Assembly (NCBI GenBank): GCA_049424145.1
Contig: JBMSSC010000090.1
Coordinates: 1-11,749, forward strand
From: Bdellovibrionia bacterium
Lineage (GTDB): Bacteria; Bdellovibrionota; UBA1018
DNA length: 11,749 bases
Direction of reading: 5' to 3'
The notes under the pieces are model-generated. The model saw only the letters and a list, made by a program, of their open reading frames with translations. It was not told the origin of the DNA and ran no database searches. A program made the position numbers and the translations under genes. Below, piece by piece: positions 7,388-11,749 of the stretch. Each line of letters begins with the position of its first letter. Within the stretch, counting starts at the first letter, position 1.

Positions 7388-8008
7388 TTAGTTGATTTTG
7401 CTTAGGCGAACATAACGAGTGATGCCTGAACACATGGCTTGATTTGGGTCAACCTGGGTAGCTGGATTGGGCGTTGTTGCGATGCCTGTGGTGGGGATGG
7501 GGACGGGTGCTGTATTTCCTACGTACCGTAAAAGTCCGGTCCACTCATTATTGCCGCTGATCATTAAGGCTCCAGAAAAGTTTCGGCAGGGTTGGAGGCG
7601 GGCCATGGTGTTGAAATCGAGAGTTCCAGTTGTCATGGGGTTCATAGGCATCATGGGGTTCAAAGGCATCATGGGATTCATGGGCATCATGGGATTCATG
7701 GAGTTTTGTTGGTTGCCCACGGAGTAAACCATTAGGTTAAAAGGATTGATCGAATCCCCTTGTATTGTTCCCGTGAAGTTTCCAGAACCAGCAGCGCCAT
7801 CCCAGGTGCCTGAGATTTGGTTTCCTGAGGTGGGCGCGACATTCATTCGAACGACATTTCCAGATATCTGTTGTCCCATTCCTCCGGCTGCAGCTCCCAG
7901 GCTTAGAGTTTCTGACCCTTGGTAGTTTCCTGGGTAAATCCGACCACAAGCGGTCGTTTGTAGTGCGATGCCGCTTAATGCGAGTAAAACTAAAGTTTCT
8001 TTCTTCAT
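7388..8008 (-). CDS. Hypothetical lipoprotein with Met/Pro repeat
   Basis: ATG 8008 is preceded by purine-rich AGAGGAAGAGAG. MKKETLVLLALSGIALQTTA-C is a lipoprotein-type signal. The Gly/Thr-rich beta-like region and two further Cys follow. This start is preferred over the 8074 start in the ORF track. Confidence 0.75.
   Translation of the reverse strand: MKKETLVLLALSGIALQTTACGRIYPGNYQGSETLSLGAAAGGMGQQISGNVVRMNVAPTSGNQISGTWDGAAGSGNFTGTIQGDSINPFNLMVYSVGNQQNSMNPMMPMNPMMPLNPMMPMNPMTTGTLDFNTMARLQPCRNFSGALMISGNNEWTGLLRYVGNTAPVPIPTTGIATTPNPATQVDPNQAMCSGITRYVRLSKIN
7634..7699 (-). repeat. In-frame 18 bp tandem repeat, about 3.7 copies, encoding (M/L)NPMMP
   Basis: Plus strand: CATGGGGTTCATAGGCAT, CATGGGGTTCAAAGGCAT, CATGGGATTCATGGGCAT, CATGGGATTCAT. 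Confidence 0.9.
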
Positions 8009-8152
8009 AAAATTTGACTCTCTTCCTCTTTGTAAACCACCTGATAGGTTGGCTTTCGTAAGGGAAGTGAGCAAACAATATGCCGATAAAAATTATGTTT
8101 AATATTGTATGGTTAAATTAATTTTAAAATAAAATCACTGTTTAAATTTTAG

Positions 8153-9157
8153 TCAGTTGATCGTGATTTCAACCCCAAAAGGGCCCACTTCACTGTCAAA
8201 TGGGATAACCAGAACGGTTTTCTCAGGGTCTACGCTGGTATGAATTGCTTCACCGTAAAGAAGGGTGGGAAGAGCCATTTGAATCGTGTGTCCGTATTGA
8301 TCGTTTAAAATCGCTTTGGCATGGCCTAAAATGATATTGAGGAGCTCAGCTACACCATCTTCCATGCCGGGGGTAATCTCCTTGAACGACTCTCCTAGCA
8401 TTCGAGACATGACTTGGAGAAAAACAATCTTCTTAAAACTCAGTAGGTAGGAGGCACTAATTTGATCGCTGGTGATCCCGATGAAGCCCGCCAGGTCAAA
8501 CGAGAGATCCACGAATTGAGCTTTTTCCATTTTTTTTGAAAAGGGCTGCCGAGCAATGCACTTAATTTGGCACATCTGTTGAAATGTCTCAATCGTGGCA
8601 TTCACAAAGGGTTTAAAAAAAGCAGCCTTCTCGGCAGCTGTCATGGGTTTTGAGTTTTCTGGATTGCGTGATGAAGACTGTGCCGGCAGGAGAGTGAATT
8701 CCAGTTGGAACTCTCCTAGGTCGGAGTTAAAAGTACTGATAATCACCTCTTGAGCGCTGCCATTTTGAGTGGAGACATTTCCTCCTCGAATGACTTGAGG
8801 AATGGAGAACTGGAGTTGGTGTCCTGTTTTATTGAGCTCAGCTTTTGCCGATCCAAAGATAATATTCAAGATCTCAGCCGCCGCGTCTTCATTGTTCCGT
8901 GTGATTTGAGTCTGCGTTTCTTGAAATAGTCGAGAGAGAAGAGACAAGAATACTTTGTAAGAGAAGTAGATGCCTACGGACCCTCGAGCCGTCTCGCTCG
9001 TCAACCCAATCATTCCTGCCACCTCAAATCGGTAAGGGGGCTTACTTCCCTTCATAAAAGTCGCAGTGAGTGTGACTTCGGTTTGACAGAGGTTTTTTAA
9101 AGTCAAAATAGTTGCCCGATGAAACTGGTCTAAGATTTGTTGTGAGTTCAGTTGCAT
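8153..9157 (-). CDS. cheX: Tandem CheX-domain protein (CheY-P phosphatase family)
   Basis: Two similar halves of about 155 aa, each with 'AG(M/F)IG(L/I)TS', 'EDxxAE(I/L)LNIIxGxAKAxLN' (E95/N98 and E271/N274) and 'F(N/D)S(D/E)xGxFxxE', joined by a Ser-rich linker. Confidence 0.85.
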   Translation of the reverse strand: MQLNSQQILDQFHRATILTLKNLCQTEVTLTATFMKGSKPPYRFEVAGMIGLTSETARGSVGIYFSYKVFLSLLSRLFQETQTQITRNNEDAAAEILNIIFGSAKAELNKTGHQLQFSIPQVIRGGNVSTQNGSAQEVIISTFNSDLGEFQLEFTLLPAQSSSRNPENSKPMTAAEKAAFFKPFVNATIETFQQMCQIKCIARQPFSKKMEKAQFVDLSFDLAGFIGITSDQISASYLLSFKKIVFLQVMSRMLGESFKEITPGMEDGVAELLNIILGHAKAILNDQYGHTIQMALPTLLYGEAIHTSVDPEKTVLVIPFDSEVGPFGVEITIN

Positions 9158-9212
9158 AGGCTCTCAGTTTATCAAAAAAAACAAAACTCAACTCATTTTT
9201 AATCGGATTGAA

Positions 9213-9231
9213 CTCAGGACGGAGCCCTGAG
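9213..9231 (-). terminator. Possible weak terminator hairpin after the S8 protease gene
   Basis: Minus strand CTCAGGG-CTCCG-TCCTGAG then TTCAAT, about 25 nt past the stop; the U-tract is poor. Confidence 0.3.
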
Positions 9232-9256
9232 AAAAGGGGGTTAGTCTCCCTGTACG

Positions 9257-10297
9257 TTAGCGCAGTTTTAAGGTGCCAAGTAAAGCAGCGTAGGCATTCA
9301 CTCGCCCACCCGATGAAACCTTATTTTTGAGCTCAGGTAAGCCATCGCTTGAGGAGAGGATGATTTTTTTAATCGCTTGAGGGGTTAAAAGAGGGTTTTG
9401 CGATAGAAGCAAGGCTGCAATTCCGCTGACAAATGCCGTGGCTTGGGACGTGCCGGTGAGCAGGGCCCGTTTATTGCCAGGGATCTGACTTAAGATTTTA
9501 TCTCCAGGTGCAGCAACGTGGATCTTGTTTTTACCCCAATTGGATGAGGATAAAAGGTGATTTTGAATGTCCGTTGAGGCCACTGAGATGATGTTACTTA
9601 AAGGGTAGCAGGCAGGGTAGAATGAAAAATTCTCATCATCCGCATTGGAGTGCTCGTTTCCTGCTGCTGCCACCAAGAGGACTCCTTTTTTCTCGGCCTC
9701 CTTTAAAACCTCAAACTCTTCGTTGGAGAAGCTGGGTCCGCCACCACTGTAGTTAATGATCTTGGCTCCGTGCTCAATGGCATAGCGCATGGCCCGGATT
9801 GAGGCTCTGAGATTCTCGGCCTCCGTATTTTGGTCGGAGTAATATTTCACTGCCATGATCGAGACTCGGTGAGTTACCCCGCTGGTTCCTGCTTCGGGGT
9901 TAAAAAGTGCTCCAATAATCCCGGCAATATGGGTTCCATGCCCATGGGTATCAACCGGATTGGGTTTATTGGTCACAAAATCCCATCCGTATTCCTTTTC
10001 GCCGGGTGAGTTTTTATTTTTCCAAAGATTAGGAGCTAAAGAGGGATCCCAAGGATAAATACCGGTGTCCACCACGGCAACCACCACGCTGGAGTTGCCT
10101 TGTTGGATTTTCCAGGCCTCAGGTGCATGAATGTGTGAGGGGTAGTTTTTATTATATAAAGCCCAGTTTTGAATCCGGTTTGGGTCAAAATCCTCGGCAA
10201 GGCTTGAAAGCGAGGAAACAAAAAAACCACCGACAGCCAAGCTAAAAAAAGGGCTCAGTCGAGTCCTTTTTATGGATCGATTCTCTTTTTGACTCAT
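9257..10297 (-). CDS. Secreted subtilisin-like serine protease (peptidase S8)
   Basis: Triad VVD77TG, H120GTHIAG, GTS284QAT; oxyanion AAAGN; predicted signal peptide ending SLA|ED; AGGGAG 5 nt upstream of the ATG. Confidence 0.95.
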   Translation of the reverse strand: MSQKENRSIKRTRLSPFFSLAVGGFFVSSLSSLAEDFDPNRIQNWALYNKNYPSHIHAPEAWKIQQGNSSVVVAVVDTGIYPWDPSLAPNLWKNKNSPGEKEYGWDFVTNKPNPVDTHGHGTHIAGIIGALFNPEAGTSGVTHRVSIMAVKYYSDQNTEAENLRASIRAMRYAIEHGAKIINYSGGGPSFSNEEFEVLKEAEKKGVLLVAAAGNEHSNADDENFSFYPACYPLSNIISVASTDIQNHLLSSSNWGKNKIHVAAPGDKILSQIPGNKRALLTGTSQATAFVSGIAALLLSQNPLLTPQAIKKIILSSSDGLPELKNKVSSGGRVNAYAALLGTLKLR

Positions 10298-10403
10298 CTG
10301 AACTCCCTGTTCATCTTGGTCTTCTAGTGTAATCGATCAATTAATTTTATTGGGAATTTTTTTGTCTGTTTGAAAAACAAAAAACATCGACTAAAATCAG
10401 GGG

Positions 10404-11543
10404 GTGAAAAAAAAATTGAACCCTGCTGTCAGAAGAAAGGCTTTGAGTCTATCTCTCGCCCTAGGGCTTGGATTATCTGGTCTTCAAGCCAGTCCTGTAT
10501 TTGGAGGGGAGGGGGCCTCTCGCTCCGCTGTAGCAGCACTGGAGTGTCCCCAAGTGGATCTGAAGCGGATCAGCTCCATGGGCCCTCAGAGCCCAGGTGA
10601 GCCCTTGGCTCATCGCTTGGATGATCCGTTGCTTTCATTAGCTGATTCCGCTGTGGAATTAATTGACTCGTATCACCAGTCAGTCTCTGAAAAAAACTCT
10701 GCCCAGCGCTCTCAATCCCTCGTCTTTGCTCTTGAACTGTTTTTAACCTCAGGGCTCCAGGCATCCTTTGAGCAAGCCGCTCACTTGGCTAGGACCCAGG
10801 GAACCTGTCCACACTCCGTATCTCTTTCTCCCTCTCTCCTGCAGAGGTCAAAAACCTATCCTCGTTCCATCTGGCAAGATCTGGATCGCCTGAGCCGAGA
10901 GTCTCCTGAGGAGATGAAGTGGGAATCTCTTTTTTCTTATCCTGAGGGGTCCCTGGCTCAAGAGCGAGTTCGAAACACTCAGTGCGCTATGTGTGCCTCG
11001 AACGAGCCAACAAGTCCCAGGGGAGGCGCATTCAGTGAGATCCTCAAGCAAGTGGGAAGTCAGGTGAGCAAGAATGCACTCTTGGATGAACTCAAAGCCG
11101 TTGCTCAGAGTTGCCGTAAGGCCCAGCGAATTCGCCACGTCGGCTTACCCCCTCTTCAAGCTCACTCGATTTCTCAGCCCGCTGAGCTTTACAGTCAGAT
11201 TCAGAATCGCTGGGGATTGTCAGGCCCAAAACAGCCCATGGCTCTGGGAGTCTGCAAAAATATCTTCTCTCTGGGGCGTTCTTACTCCGGGCTTCCTGCT
11301 CAAGCCGACTCGCCTCGTTCAGCGCGTTGTCTGTCTAGTGAGGGAAAGCCTGAAGCTGTGCTTTTTGTTGTGATCCATGGAGCCCGCAAGAATCGGAGTC
11401 GTGGTGTGTGTGAAGTGAAGATTAAGAATCCTCAAGGAAACGATTGTTCCGGAATTTCCCCTCAGTGGGATTGTCAATCAGAGGATCTTTGGATTGATTT
11501 AGAAGCCCTCGCTCGAAATACGAATCAAGTTTTGTTTTTTTAA
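10404..11543 (+). CDS. Hypothetical secreted Cys-rich protein, possibly a degenerate papain-like (C1) fold; start may be TTG 10416
   Basis: 379 aa ORF with a signal-like N-terminus (RRKALSLSLALGLGL) and many Cys. 'CPQVDLK..MGP', 'SLADSAVELID' and 'LFVVIHGARKN..CEVKIKNPQGNDC...LWID' echo C1 peptidase segments. Confidence 0.7.
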   Translation: MKKKLNPAVRRKALSLSLALGLGLSGLQASPVFGGEGASRSAVAALECPQVDLKRISSMGPQSPGEPLAHRLDDPLLSLADSAVELIDSYHQSVSEKNSAQRSQSLVFALELFLTSGLQASFEQAAHLARTQGTCPHSVSLSPSLLQRSKTYPRSIWQDLDRLSRESPEEMKWESLFSYPEGSLAQERVRNTQCAMCASNEPTSPRGGAFSEILKQVGSQVSKNALLDELKAVAQSCRKAQRIRHVGLPPLQAHSISQPAELYSQIQNRWGLSGPKQPMALGVCKNIFSLGRSYSGLPAQADSPRSARCLSSEGKPEAVLFVVIHGARKNRSRGVCEVKIKNPQGNDCSGISPQWDCQSEDLWIDLEALARNTNQVLFF

Positions 11544-11684
11544 GTCAGTCTCTTTGGGGCTTTAAGAGAGTCAAGGGCTCTGTAGTTTTCTCTAGTCTAA
11601 AGCTGAGAGGTTCTCGAGGATTAGTCCAGTTTCCATTTCTTTGGGCGTGGGGTTTCCGGACAGTAGAAACACGTCAGCTCCAAT

Positions 11685-11749
11685 TCACGAAGTGGCAAGT
11701 TGCCTGAACCTTCTTCTTGCCTTAAACAAGTTGATCAGGTTTTTACCTA
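11685..11749 (-). CDS. Possible C-terminus of a gene entering from the right edge
   Basis: Only one minus frame is open at the edge, reading GKNLINLFKARRRFRQLATS-stop. It is too short to identify. Confidence 0.3.
   Translation of the reverse strand, partial: GKNLINLFKARRRFRQLATS

Noticed and set aside
7634..7699. Tandem repeat as a CRISPR array
   Set aside because: Units are contiguous 18-mers without spacers, in frame within a CDS, and no cas genes are present.
8082..8089. GCCGATAA, an exact sigma28 -10 box on the plus strand
   Set aside because: No TAAA -35 at the expected spacing, and it points antisense into cheX rather than at a gene.
10425..10448. VRRKAL as a Tat signal
   Set aside because: Poor match to S/T-R-R-x-F-L-K; equally explained as a basic Sec n-region.
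110..11373. Short alternative-frame and antisense ORFs in the track (e.g. 110..391, 997..1203, 2358..2627, 2990..3190, 3458..3691, 3966..4280, 7467..7727, 7737..8078, 10848..11138, 11074..11373)
   Set aside because: They overlap better-supported genes or leaders and show no recognisable motifs. 7467..7727 merely mirrors the Met/Pro repeat.
11621..11749. Minus-strand frame with TGA-S-T-C (UxxC-like) and CFYC, suggesting a selenoprotein
   Set aside because: An in-frame TAG lies at 11747-11749, four codons upstream, with no start codon or recognisable SECIS.

Overview
An 11.7 kb bacterial chromosomal segment. By inference from a GTSQAT-type subtilase, a tandem CheX, an Flp pilin and Cys-rich secreted proteins, it most resembles Bdellovibrionota/Oligoflexia; no search was run. 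Housekeeping genes are the 3' end of a GT4 glycosyltransferase coupled to purB, and a fadJ/fadB-type beta-oxidation alpha subunit overlapping a lolC/E-type permease. Accessory, mostly exported proteins lie between them: a predicted lipoprotein behind a near-consensus sigma70 promoter with a perfect palindrome in its spacer, a signal peptidase I (S26) homologue lacking the canonical Ser/Lys dyad, a divergent orphan Flp-like pilin, a Met/Pro-repeat lipoprotein, a double-CheX protein, a subtilase with no visible prodomain, and a divergent secreted protein that looks like a catalytically degenerate papain-fold protein. The most notable pattern is two apparent pseudo-proteases, each head-to-head with a plausible partner (a pilin and a propeptide-less subtilase). 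No rRNA, tRNA, CRISPR array or mobile element was recognised.
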